Source: Oculatellaceae cyanobacterium bins.114 (GTDB lineage Bacteria > Cyanobacteriota > Cyanobacteriia > Elainellales > Elainellaceae). Taken from it: 60,525 nt of DNA. The position numbers and the translations under genes were made by a program. This document shows, piece by piece, positions 9,834 through 19,382 of this stretch (the stretch's first letter is position 1; each line of letters opens with the position of its first letter). Where the stretch lies: assembly GCA_033764315.1 (NCBI GenBank), contig JANRJA010000049.1:1-60525 (forward strand). Direction: 5' to 3'. Under the pieces are notes generated by a model. The model made no database searches and had not been told where the DNA came from. It saw nothing but the letters and a program-made list of their open reading frames with translations.

Positions 9834-11000
9834 CTATTGAAGATTGATTGAACTCTTAGAGAGCGTTCCTGTTACTGTTTCTTGCGATCGCTGATGAGCA
9901 TCTTTGATCTTGCATCCTCCCCATTTTGATTGACAAAATTCGGGCAATGTTGTTAACCGCTCCCATAGTTTCCAGAGAGGTTCATCGAGTACATTGCCAA
10001 ACTTGCGATGGTTGAAATCACAAGACATTAAATCTCCATAGGGAGATACATAAAAATAACTGGTGCCACAAGAACAGCCCACACTTTTGTGACTGGTGAA
10101 ATACGCAAAAAAGGTCATCCCAGGATAAGTGGGGTCTTGATTGTAAGGATGAGCTGTTTGAATCATCTCATCAACCCAATCTGAGTTATTGACTAAATCT
10201 TCTCGGTGATTGTAGCGTCCAGTGGGTAATGCATCAAAAACCAGGATTTCATGAATGCCAATTTGTTTACCTAATTCGGCGATCGCTTTTAGTTCTCCGC
10301 GTTCATAGGTTTCTGGAGTCATTGTGGTTGAAATGCCAACTGAAAAACCTAATTTCTTAGCGACTTGAATGCCTCGCAGGGCTTTTTCAAACAAACCGCT
10401 TTGGTGGCGAAAGCGATCGTGATCTGCGGCATTGGCAGCATCAATACTAATATAAATACTGTCTAATCCGGCTTGTTTTAATTCTTTGACTCGGTCTTCT
10501 AAAAACCACCCATTTGTAAAGAGAACCGTGGTAGATAAAGATTTGTCAACAGAGCGAATGATGTCAGGTAGATCTTGCCGCATTAACGGCTCACCCCCGA
10601 CGATGTTAATTACTGATACTCCCAATTCTTGAGCGTTCCGAATTAATTTTTGAGCTTCTTTCAACGAGAGCAGTGGACGATCTGGCTCCTCAACCGCTGT
10701 AAAAAAGCTGCAATGGTCGCAAGCAGCGTTGCAGGCGTCGTTGACAGCAAAACTCATCAAGTTTGGCAGGTTTTTATTCTGGATGGTGCGATAAAGGGCA
10801 CGAGCAATAAAGTGAGAGGCAGGTTTACTGAACAGGGCTGGGGTTGAGAGGGAATAAACCGGATATCCATCTCGAAAATGAATGACTTTGTTGTGATTGA
10901 GATAGATGCGATAAAGAATGTCAACAAAATCGAGGCTACAATTCATCGCTTTGGTAGCGAGAAACCACTTTAATCGCAGGTTTGTCAATAGAGAATTCAT
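9834..11000 (-). CDS. Radical SAM protein with a SPASM/Twitch-like C-terminal domain
   Basis: CNAACDHC (CxxxCxxC), GGEP, FTNG, SID and CSCGTSYFYVSPYGDLMSC. Confidence 0.92.
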   Translation of the reverse strand: MNSLLTNLRLKWFLATKAMNCSLDFVDILYRIYLNHNKVIHFRDGYPVYSLSTPALFSKPASHFIARALYRTIQNKNLPNLMSFAVNDACNAACDHCSFFTAVEEPDRPLLSLKEAQKLIRNAQELGVSVINIVGGEPLMRQDLPDIIRSVDKSLSTTVLFTNGWFLEDRVKELKQAGLDSIYISIDAANAADHDRFRHQSGLFEKALRGIQVAKKLGFSVGISTTMTPETYERGELKAIAELGKQIGIHEILVFDALPTGRYNHREDLVNNSDWVDEMIQTAHPYNQDPTYPGMTFFAYFTSHKSVGCSCGTSYFYVSPYGDLMSCDFNHRKFGNVLDEPLWKLWERLTTLPEFCQSKWGGCKIKDAHQRSQETVTGTLSKSSINLQ

Positions 11001-11675
11001 ATGCAGCGATTTCTCCAGGGTGAGATAAGAAAGATGTCAAGCCAGTTAGCAGACCTAGTGTAGATCGATACTTTGTAGCCTAGATTACTAAAGTATCTAG
11101 AGACATGGGTATGAAAACAGTCAAGACAGGTGATGCAAGGGTGCAAGAGTGAAGCCTCTAAACCTCGTCTTAACTCAGTGGCTATGCGGTCTGGAGCTGA
11201 TGCTTACGAAGATAGACCTTGCCACCGCCAACCATTGTGCTCAATATCAACCCATCCTGCTTGCCGCTAAGCGATCGCCCGTTGTATTGCCCGTTGTAGC
11301 GTATCTGGTCTTAAAGCTCTCTAGCTCAAGAGGTGACCCATAACGGGTGACCCAAATCCACCAACAGTCGCTTGCGTTGTCAAACACCTGGCAACTCCTT
11401 ACGGTCTCCTCTACCAAGGTAGGGCTGATTCCACGGAATGCTTGAGCGATATTATTTTTTCTTAACTTGAATAATCGGGTTTCTGCTTGTTCTCGGCTTC
11501 CAGTTGCATAGAAGATAACTGTTGCTACATAAATTACTGTAATGGGGTGGAGGTTGCTATCATCCTTAATTCTCGATTTTTGCTACTTTGCCCAGATCGG
11601 GAATGGATGAAGTAGGCTTAGACGTAACTCTATTTGGAATTAGCTTAAGGTTGCAAACCTGTGGAAGTTCAATCA

Positions 11676-11930
11676 ATGCAACTGGAGTCAATTGTCCAGC
11701 AAATCGGTGAAGCGATGGTCGTGACAACTGAGACAGTCGATCAACTGGCTCAGCAGGTAGATGAGTTGGCTAAACAGGTGCAGCAGCAAGGATATCAAAT
11801 CTTTGCTTTGAGCGATGCGGTTCAAACTTTAGCAGAAAATCAGGATAGTGCTTTAGAACGGTTAGACCGATTAACGACAACGCTAGAACGTCTGGTCAAG
11901 GCGATCGAGGCGACGGATGAGGTCAGTTGA
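11676..11930 (+). CDS. Small coiled-coil protein
   Basis: Heptad-rich ORF upstream of the HetZ-related gene. Confidence 0.75.
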   Translation: MQLESIVQQIGEAMVVTTETVDQLAQQVDELAKQVQQQGYQIFALSDAVQTLAENQDSALERLDRLTTTLERLVKAIEATDEVS

Positions 11931-12044
11931 AATGCTAAACCCCCCATCTGGGGGAGTGTTTCAAACTCAGGGTGTGAGAACAATTTTTATCAGTACGATA
12001 GATAGGTACTCGTTGGGACAATTTGATTGTAAGGACTATTGTTA

Positions 12045-13178
12045 ATGGCACTCGCTGAGGAACTAACGCGAGATTGGCGATCGCGACTTCAAATAGACTG
12101 CTCTGATCAATCTGCCGACGCGCAGGATGCAATTGTCGGATGGCTTATTGGAGAAGATCTAGAAAGGTTTGATGCGCTGACGCCGACTCAGTTAGCTGTA
12201 GCACAGCAAGCGATGGATTATCGCTATCGCATCTTACGGCAACGATATTTGGGAGTGCACCCCGAAAAGGCATATAGCAAGTTGATTCAACGGCTGAGTA
12301 GCCTATTCCTGATTCGTAGCAAGATTCGGACGTGGGTGGCGTTGTCGCGCGATCGCCAGCGGTCGGTGACAGATGTGCTCAAAGAGGTGATTCAGGAACT
12401 CATTCAGAGCGACAGTTACATTCGGCAACAAATGACGTGGATCTCCCAATGTACGCCCAATCCGCGCTTACGAAATGCACTCCTGTTAACCAGCATTGAG
12501 GAATATTGTCTGCGTCCTATTCGCAATCAACCCCTGCTGGTGTATCGATTTGTCAATCACCTGCGACGCACCTCACGGGGGGGGATGACTCAGGTGCCCA
12601 CGGGGGAGTTGGTGCGACTGGTGTCAGAAGAAATTACGCCGGATGAAGCTGATAATCCGGTGAGTTTGTTAGACAACCAAGCTGTTACTAAATATCAAGA
12701 AGAGCAGATATTAGAAGAGCAGCAAGGACTACGAAGCACAGTTAAGGACAACTTTGTTGCCTATTTGACTGAAAAAGTTGGCCCTGAGGCGGCTGAATGG
12801 TTGCTTTTGCACCTGCAAGGAAAATCTCAAGAGGCGATCGCTCAAACCCTCAACATGCCCATCAAACAGGTCTATCGTTTACGGGAGAAAATTAGCTATC
12901 ACGCGATCAATGTATTTGCATCAAAGCATCCTAAATCTAGTTTGGTGACGTCTTGGTTGGGGACTTCGCTCCAGGAGCATAGCTTAGGTTTAACTCCAGA
13001 GCAATGGCAGCAATTTGTAGGGAATTGCACCCCAATTCAGCAGCAATTAATTACAGAAATGAAAGCCGGAAAAACCGTGGAGGTGATTGCCCAGGAGCTA
13101 AATATGAAAGCGAATCAGATCGCAGGTGAATGGAGTAAACTTTATCTATCTGCTCAAGAGTTGCGGAATACACCCTAA
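12045..13178 (+). CDS. HetZ-related protein (putative DNA-binding regulator)
   Basis: Resembles the cyanobacterial HetZ-like family; two C-terminal HTH-like segments (GKSQEAIAQTL, GKTVEVIAQEL). Confidence 0.75.
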   Translation: MALAEELTRDWRSRLQIDCSDQSADAQDAIVGWLIGEDLERFDALTPTQLAVAQQAMDYRYRILRQRYLGVHPEKAYSKLIQRLSSLFLIRSKIRTWVALSRDRQRSVTDVLKEVIQELIQSDSYIRQQMTWISQCTPNPRLRNALLLTSIEEYCLRPIRNQPLLVYRFVNHLRRTSRGGMTQVPTGELVRLVSEEITPDEADNPVSLLDNQAVTKYQEEQILEEQQGLRSTVKDNFVAYLTEKVGPEAAEWLLLHLQGKSQEAIAQTLNMPIKQVYRLREKISYHAINVFASKHPKSSLVTSWLGTSLQEHSLGLTPEQWQQFVGNCTPIQQQLITEMKAGKTVEVIAQELNMKANQIAGEWSKLYLSAQELRNTP

Positions 13179-13408
13179 ATCTTTTGAGATCAGTGAATGA
13201 GCAGTCCTGCATTCAATTTAGTCATGTTGCGCTATTGATATTGCCTAATTTCGACTCAGTAATCTCCTGCAAAGTTCAACATCCTTTGATGTAATTATTC
13301 ATAGAATCAGGGTGGGTAGATGCTGAACGATATGGTTCCATTGCTGAGCGTGCTCAGCAACCTAGATGCATTGGTTCACTTCAGCACATTCTCATCAAGT
13401 TACCCCAT

Positions 13409-14752
13409 ATGCTATCTCCCTTGGGCGATCGCGCTCAACCAAACTCCACCAATTCAGCCTATGAATTAGTGTTATCTCAGTTTCAGGGCGACCTGGTTGA
13501 ACGTCTCAATGTTGAGCAGATGTTCATCCTGATTGATGGTGTTTTGCCGTTTGAAGCGTGCCTTTACTATCAGGTATTACCGCTATTTATTGAAGGGAGT
13601 CGGCTCAACTTAGGGATGGTTTTTCCTAATGACACGTCGGCAGCTGATTACGTTCGTCGAATTGTTTCTTATCACAATTATTCTCTTGTACCTCGACCCA
13701 TCTCGTCTGAGGCGTTGCAGGGGGCACTCACGGCCTATCTCAATTACTCTGGTAAAAAACAAGCAGACAATCAGCGGAAAACTGCGTCTAATAACCGCCC
13801 CAATCGCTATTCAGCGCGATCGCGATCAGAACAGCGTGTTGATCCAGATATGCAAAAAACCTTCGTGGTCGATAGCCCTGAAGATTTAGACGATGTCATC
13901 CCTAATCCACTTTCTAACCCAGCCGCAACCCCACCTCCACAGATTCCCTTTACCCCGACTGCTGCTCAACCCAGTACCACGTTACAGGTAGAGGAAGTAG
14001 AGGAAGAGAATGCTCCCTCATTTGAATCGTTGTTACAGCCAGAAGGGTTGGAGCCAGCAGAATCACAGGACTTGCGACACTGGGATGATTTAGGGGCTGA
14101 TCTGCCTCCTGAGCCTCCTCAACTGCTCAACCCGTTGCCGGAGATCGAGATTCAAACAAACTACTTGACTGAGCCTGTAGAAGTATTGGCAACGTTGCCT
14201 CCTAGAGAGATGTTGCAAGAGCTGCTGGGGCGAGTGTTGTATGCCGGGATTGGGCGTCTGTATTTTGAACGGCAGATGCATTATGGGCGTGTGCTTTGGA
14301 GCCAAAATGGAGTCTTGCAATCTGTGCTAGACCGTTTGGAGCCTGAGATCTTTCAAGGGGTGCTAAATGAGCTGAAGCACATGACACATATGCCAAGAGG
14401 CGTTGTGCAAAAAGCGAAACAGGTTGAGATTGAACGGCTTTATCAACAGACTCGCTTGCTCTTGCGGTTTAAGTTGATGCTTACTGAGAATGGTGAAGAG
14501 GCAACCCTGCAAGTGTTGCGTGGGGCTGCTTTAAAGTTTCATCAACAGCAACAATTGGCAAACCTAGAGCGAGATGCTTTGACGATCGCTAAGCAATTAC
14601 AAACAAAAGTCAGTGAAATTCGCGATCGCGCCCGTTTAGAACCAGGGTTGGGTGGAGCCAAGCTGGATGCTTTGCCCGCTTTAAATCAGCTATTGAAGCA
14701 CATTGAGGCACAACTGGGTGCCTTAGCCGATGAAGAAGTGACTGAGGAATAA
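13409..14752 (+). CDS. PilB/GspE N-terminal-domain-like protein lacking an ATPase domain
   Basis: LPFEACLYYQVLPL...LNLGMV (T2SSE_N-like), a Pro-rich linker and a GEEATLQVL motif; no Walker A. Confidence 0.6.
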   Translation: MLSPLGDRAQPNSTNSAYELVLSQFQGDLVERLNVEQMFILIDGVLPFEACLYYQVLPLFIEGSRLNLGMVFPNDTSAADYVRRIVSYHNYSLVPRPISSEALQGALTAYLNYSGKKQADNQRKTASNNRPNRYSARSRSEQRVDPDMQKTFVVDSPEDLDDVIPNPLSNPAATPPPQIPFTPTAAQPSTTLQVEEVEEENAPSFESLLQPEGLEPAESQDLRHWDDLGADLPPEPPQLLNPLPEIEIQTNYLTEPVEVLATLPPREMLQELLGRVLYAGIGRLYFERQMHYGRVLWSQNGVLQSVLDRLEPEIFQGVLNELKHMTHMPRGVVQKAKQVEIERLYQQTRLLLRFKLMLTENGEEATLQVLRGAALKFHQQQQLANLERDALTIAKQLQTKVSEIRDRARLEPGLGGAKLDALPALNQLLKHIEAQLGALADEEVTEE

Positions 14753-14807
14753 CGCCAAGACTCATTGTGATGGGTCATGGGTTATTGACGCGATGTGCAA
14801 TTAATTT

Positions 14808-15065
14808 AACGTCAGTTCGGTTTAAGAGCCTAGCGAATAAATTCGCAGCTATCAGAGCGAAGTTCGCCTTCGCGAACTACGGAGAATCAAGGGTTAAGTG
14901 AACCGACTCCTATAAAATCCGGCTAGTTGCTTACGAATTACTTTCCTACAGGCAAAGGTTTTAGCCTAGCCTTACAACAGGGAAGCAGCCAGATTTCATA
15001 TCAGGTCGGTTTTGCTCCTGTAGTTGCGGTTTCAACCGCCAAAATCCTTATCCCGAATTCACGTT
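14808..15065 (+). mobile_element. MITE family A, copy 1, with a nested ~94-bp insert
   Basis: Inverted ends AACGTCAGTTCGG / CCGAATTCACGTT; homologous to 48489-48653 and 25399-25535. Confidence 0.8.
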
Positions 15066-15077
15066 AATTAGGGGTTT

Positions 15078-15141
15078 AGATCCCCGGTTTCTCGTTGGAG
15101 CGGACTGCAAGGTGCTTCGTTCCATCCCTAGACGGGGATCT
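15078..15141. repeat. Dispersed hairpin repeat AGATCCCCG...CGGGGATCT
   Basis: A second copy lies at 59904-59969. Confidence 0.65.
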
Positions 15142-15364
15142 GGAATAGTCGCACATAGGGACATGGGTCATCGGTTATGGGTGACAAGCTTAAGGGTCTG
15201 CCTGTGCTTTTAAGGTCTGTTGTTGATGGGCGGGGTTGTCATAGCTTGTGACTTTAGCTACTCAGTAGAAAAGCTATGCAGTGCTCCAATCAATATTGGT
15301 TGATGATCACTAGCGACTGACAAATGGCAATTGAACCCATAGCGATTGATCAAAACGATTTTTT

Positions 15365-15406
15365 GTAACTCTAAATACTTTTCTGTTAGCGCGTCCTCAT
15401 TACTCT
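15365..15406 (+). promoter_or_regulatory. NtcA-activated promoter of the guanidine operon
   Basis: GTA-actctaaa-TAC (15365-15378), exactly 22 nt, then TActcT (15401-15406): matches GTAN8TAC-N22-TAN3T. Confidence 0.75.
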
Positions 15407-15551
15407 GGTCACATTAATGGAGGGGCGATCGCTACGTCAAAACGAACCAATTTACTCTAGTAAATTTACTCCTAGTAAATAATTATTTTGAGAGGGTTGC
15501 GATTGACTTAAGATTTAGTTCTTTTGCCTTCATAACAATTGAATTGCAAAT

Positions 15552-15690
15552 GTGCTTCTAGGGTTCCGGCTGGGGTTGTAATGCTCTAAGCGACTGGTCC
15601 GAGAGAAGCCAGCTAGTGATAAGTGCCTTTACCAACGTGTTGGGGATGGTTTACTAGCCACACGGCGGGAGAAAAGCCCGGGAGAAGCGG
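15552..15690 (+). ncRNA. Guanidine-I (ykkC-yxkD) riboswitch
   Basis: CTAGGGTTCCG...CTGGTCCGAGAG...CACGGCGGGAGAAAAGCCCGGGAG, upstream of guanidine hydrolase. Confidence 0.93.
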
Positions 15691-15725
15691 CAGCACCATC
15701 TGCGGTCGTGTCCTTGGGCTTTTTT
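15674..15725 (+). terminator. Intrinsic terminator forming the riboswitch expression platform
   Basis: AAGCCCGGG of the aptamer 3' end can pair with CTTGGGCTT, followed by a T run. Confidence 0.7.
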
Positions 15726-15804
15726 GCTGAGTTCCTTCCGGAGGTGCTAATGGATCAATCACATCTGTCCTATTGTTTAACGTCCCTATTGGTGGGTGCT
15801 TGTA

Positions 15805-16995
15805 ATGACTGACAATCCTTTGTTTCAAAATCCTGGTAACGGTTCACCTCAAACGGAGGCGCAACGTGCTTTAGAGCGTGAGGCGCACTTGTCATTAACA
15901 GGTTGGCAGCAGGAAGTATCTCAAGGGTTAGAGTATGGGTTAGAGGCGGCAGAGAGTATTCGCGATCGCTCTATTCCCACTTTCTCACGTGGCGAGTTGC
16001 CCCATTACGCGGGCATCAACACGTTTATGAAAGCACCTTATCTCGAAGATGTGCGCAAGGTGGGCAACTATGATGTGGCGATCGTTGGGGTGCCGCATGA
16101 TTCTGGTACTACTTATCGCCCTGGCACGCGCTTTGGTCCTCAAGGTATTCGTCGCATTTCGGCACTCTATACCCCTTACAACTTTGAGCTTGGAATAGAC
16201 CTGAGAGAGCAAATTAAACTGTGTGACGTAGGTGATATTTTCACTATTCCTGCCAACAATGAAAAATCCTTTGACCAAATTTCTAAAGGGATCGCTCATA
16301 TTTTCAGTTCAGGCGCATTTCCTATCATTTTGGGGGGAGATCACTCAATCGGCTTCCCAACAGTGCGGGGGGTTTGTCGGCATTTAGGAGACAAAAAAGT
16401 CGGCATCATTCACTTCGATCGCCACGTTGATACTCAAGAGACTGACCTGGATGAGCGGATGCACACCTGTCCTTGGTTTCATGCCACTAACATGGCAAAT
16501 GCCCCTGCCAAGAACCTGGTGCAACTGGGTATTGGCGGATGGCAAGTGCCGCGTCAGGGAGTCAAGGTTTGCCGAGAAAGGGCAACTAATATTTTGACCG
16601 TTACCGACATTACGGAAATGGGGTTGGATGCCGCCGTAAATTTTGCCCTAGAAAGGGCATTGGATGGCACCGATTGCGTCTACATCAGCTTTGACATTGA
16701 CTGCATTGATGCCGGTTTTGTCCCTGGTACAGGGTGGCCCGAACCCGGTGGCTTGTTGCCTCGTGAGGCACTCTACTTGCTTGGCAAAATTATTCAAAAG
16801 GCTCCTGTTTGTGGTTTAGAAGTAGTCGAGGTTTCTCCGCCTTATGATGTCAGCGATATGACTGCCCTGATGGCAACTCGTGTCATTTGTGATGCGATGG
16901 CAAGCCTTGTCCTGTCAGGGCAATTGCCTCGTTCAGAGAAACCTGCCTATATTCACGATGAATGCAACATGAATGTGGATCAGGTATGGGCTTGA
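15805..16995 (+). CDS. gdmH: Ni-dependent guanidine hydrolase (arginase/ureohydrolase family)
   Basis: GGDHS, FDRHVD, SFDIDCID and PGTGWPEPGG motifs; riboswitch, hypA/hypB and ABC context as in Synechocystis sll1077-sll1082. Confidence 0.9.
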   Translation: MTDNPLFQNPGNGSPQTEAQRALEREAHLSLTGWQQEVSQGLEYGLEAAESIRDRSIPTFSRGELPHYAGINTFMKAPYLEDVRKVGNYDVAIVGVPHDSGTTYRPGTRFGPQGIRRISALYTPYNFELGIDLREQIKLCDVGDIFTIPANNEKSFDQISKGIAHIFSSGAFPIILGGDHSIGFPTVRGVCRHLGDKKVGIIHFDRHVDTQETDLDERMHTCPWFHATNMANAPAKNLVQLGIGGWQVPRQGVKVCRERATNILTVTDITEMGLDAAVNFALERALDGTDCVYISFDIDCIDAGFVPGTGWPEPGGLLPREALYLLGKIIQKAPVCGLEVVEVSPPYDVSDMTALMATRVICDAMASLVLSGQLPRSEKPAYIHDECNMNVDQVWA

Positions 16996-17004
16996 GGTGG
17001 TGCG

Positions 17005-17445
17005 ATGCATGAAACAGACATGACCAAGGCATTAATTCTCACTGTCAAAGACTGGTGGGAATCTCAGCCACACCGCCCTCAAATTTCTCAGGTGCATTTG
17101 ACGGTGGGCAAGTTTACTTGTGTTGAGCCAGCCAGTTTGCAGTTTGCCTATACTGTCCAGACTCAAAACACATTTCTAGAGGGAACAGAGTTGGTGATTC
17201 GAGAAACCCCCCTAATTGCCTTTTGTCACCCCTGTCAGCAAGACTATGAACCTGACATCGGCACCCAATATGCCTGTCCTACTTGTCAGGCTCCGATGGA
17301 TGACATTCGCTCTGGACGTGAACTCAAAATCGATCGCCTTGAACTCATTACAGACGCGATCAATCCAATCCCTGCCAATACAGACGCGATTCACCAAATC
17401 TCTACTAATACAGACGCGATTCATCGCGTCTCTGCAACCGCTTAA
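17005..17445 (+). CDS. hypA: HypA-like nickel chaperone (GhaA) with a repeat-derived C-terminal extension
   Basis: MHE start, CHPC...CPTC and SGREL. Confidence 0.92.
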   Translation: MHETDMTKALILTVKDWWESQPHRPQISQVHLTVGKFTCVEPASLQFAYTVQTQNTFLEGTELVIRETPLIAFCHPCQQDYEPDIGTQYACPTCQAPMDDIRSGRELKIDRLELITDAINPIPANTDAIHQISTNTDAIHRVSATA

Positions 17446-17476
17446 TACAGACGCGATCAATCGCGTCTCTGCAACC
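17349..17476. repeat. Four REP-like units TACAGACGCGATY(M)ATCGCGTCTCT at the hypA 3' end
   Basis: CAGACGCGAT at 17351, 17381, 17411 and 17448; a related copy lies at about 54923-54949. Confidence 0.85.
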
Positions 17477-17530
17477 CTTTAACCTGCTTTTTTCTTTCTT
17501 CTCTCTTCTTTGTTTTTATTTCTTCCTCCC

Positions 17531-18250
17531 ATGCACCAAACTGTTGACGTTGCTCTTGGAATCAATTTGCTTCATGCCAATCAAGCAGGAGCCGACCACA
17601 ATCGATCGCATTTTGATCAATGGGGTATCACCTGCCTCAACATCATGAGCAGCCCTGGTGCTGGCAAAACGGTGTTGCTAGAACGCACCTTGGCGGCACT
17701 CAACCCTGATCTCAACATCGTCGTGATTGAAGGTGACATGACCACAGAGCTAGATGCCGATCGCCTACGACAATATGGTGTTCCTGTGATTGCCATCAAC
17801 ACCGGGCGTTCCTGTCATCTCGATTCCAAAATGGTGGCGGGTGGGCTGCATCAACTGGAACGCAACTATGACCCCACCTCCTTTGATTTACTCCTGGTTG
17901 AAAACGTGGGTAATCTCGTCTGCCCTGCAGAGTTTGAGGTCGGTGAACACTTTAAAGTGGCACTTTTGAGTGTCACTGAAGGTGCTGATAAACCCTTGAA
18001 ATATCCTGTGATGTTTCAAGAGGCAGATTGTCTGTTGATTACCAAGACTGACCTGGTTCCCTATCTTGATGTTGATGTGAATCAAATTGCTGCCAATGTG
18101 CGCCAGATGAACCCCCATGTCGCCATTATTCCGGTATCTGCCAAAACGGGTGAAGGGCTAGAAGCCTGGTTTGAATGGATCAAATTGAAGGTAACTGAAT
18201 CAAACAGCAAACCAACTATTCTCCCTGTGGCAGACCTAGTGCAGACCTAG
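17531..18250 (+). CDS. hypB: HypB-like GTPase nickel chaperone (GhaB)
   Basis: [33 protein letters not shown] and SAKTGEG. Confidence 0.95.
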   Translation: MHQTVDVALGINLLHANQAGADHNRSHFDQWGITCLNIMSSPGAGKTVLLERTLAALNPDLNIVVIEGDMTTELDADRLRQYGVPVIAINTGRSCHLDSKMVAGGLHQLERNYDPTSFDLLLVENVGNLVCPAEFEVGEHFKVALLSVTEGADKPLKYPVMFQEADCLLITKTDLVPYLDVDVNQIAANVRQMNPHVAIIPVSAKTGEGLEAWFEWIKLKVTESNSKPTILPVADLVQT

Positions 18251-18341
18251 TCACTATCTCTTTGAAATCTTTATTGAAATCCTTGTCTACCCCTCAAAGT
18301 CCAGTCGATTTCGAGTTCAGCCCAACCTTGGAGGACACTCA

Positions 18342-19382
18342 ATGAACATTCGCAAACTTGTTTCGTGGATTGCCATATTTTTGGTTGGAGTCTCGGTTGC
18401 TGTGAGTTGCACACCGTCGCCGACTGCAACCTCAGATCCAGGTGCATCAACAGCGGCTAGCCCTGCCGGAGAGCCAGTCACGATCGGATTTAGTGCATGG
18501 CCTGGTTGGATTCCCTGGCAAGTTACCCAAGACAAGGGCATTTTTGAGCAAAACAACGTCAAGGTTGACCTGAAATGGTTTGATGGTTACCTCGACTCGA
18601 TTAATGCCTTGGCTGCTGGACAGTTAGATGGCAATAGCCAAACCCTCAATGACACGATTAGCTCGATGTCAGGGGGTGCCGATTTAGTCATTGTTTTGAC
18701 TAACGATAACTCTACTGGAAATGACCAAATTATTGCTGCTGAAGGAATTAACTCGATTGAAGATTTGCGGGGCAAAAAAGTTGCAGCAGAAGAGGGAACG
18801 GTTGATCACTTCCTCTTGTTGTTAGGGCTTGAGCAAGCAGGCATGACTCAGGCAGACATCGAGTTTCAACCCTTGGAAACAGGGGCGGCAGCGGCAGCCT
18901 TTGCGGCAGGTCAGTTAGATGCGGTAGGAGTATTTGCTCCCTTTACAACAAAAGCTTTGGAGCGTCCAGGTAGCAAAGCATTGTTTACCTCAAAGGATTT
19001 TCCGGGAGCGATTTCTGATCATTTGGTTGTTTCCCGACAAATGGTAGACGATCGCCCAGAAGAAGTGCAGGCATTGGTGAATAGCTGGTTTGCCACGCTG
19101 AAGTATATCGACGACAACAAAGATGAAACGTTGACCATCATGGCAAAGCGGGGAGGCGTCACTGAAGACGAGTATAAGGACTACGAAACAGGCACGACGA
19201 TCTTTGATATTCAAGAGAACTTGAAGGCAATGGAAGCGGGGTCTGATATGACGTCTTTGCCCTATGCGGCCGATGAGATTAGCAAATTCTTAGTTGAAGC
19301 TGGGTTAGCCCAAGAAGCCCCCGATTTGAGCAAGTTATTTGACGATCGCTTCATTAAAGCGTATGCCGCAACCGCAAGTTAG
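18342..19382 (+). CDS. ABC transporter substrate-binding lipoprotein (NMT1/SsuA type), likely for guanidine
   Basis: Lipobox AVSC, FSAWPGW and DNSTGND; operon context. Confidence 0.9.
   Translation: MNIRKLVSWIAIFLVGVSVAVSCTPSPTATSDPGASTAASPAGEPVTIGFSAWPGWIPWQVTQDKGIFEQNNVKVDLKWFDGYLDSINALAAGQLDGNSQTLNDTISSMSGGADLVIVLTNDNSTGNDQIIAAEGINSIEDLRGKKVAAEEGTVDHFLLLLGLEQAGMTQADIEFQPLETGAAAAAFAAGQLDAVGVFAPFTTKALERPGSKALFTSKDFPGAISDHLVVSRQMVDDRPEEVQALVNSWFATLKYIDDNKDETLTIMAKRGGVTEDEYKDYETGTTIFDIQENLKAMEAGSDMTSLPYAADEISKFLVEAGLAQEAPDLSKLFDDRFIKAYAATAS

Noticed and set aside
17349..17476. CRISPR-like mini-array at hypA
   Set aside because: The 30-37 bp period is too short and the units match a REP-like palindrome also seen near 54923
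17005..18250. Hydrogenase maturation locus
   Set aside because: No hydrogenase genes are present; the riboswitch and hydrolase context indicates nickel delivery to guanidine hydrolase
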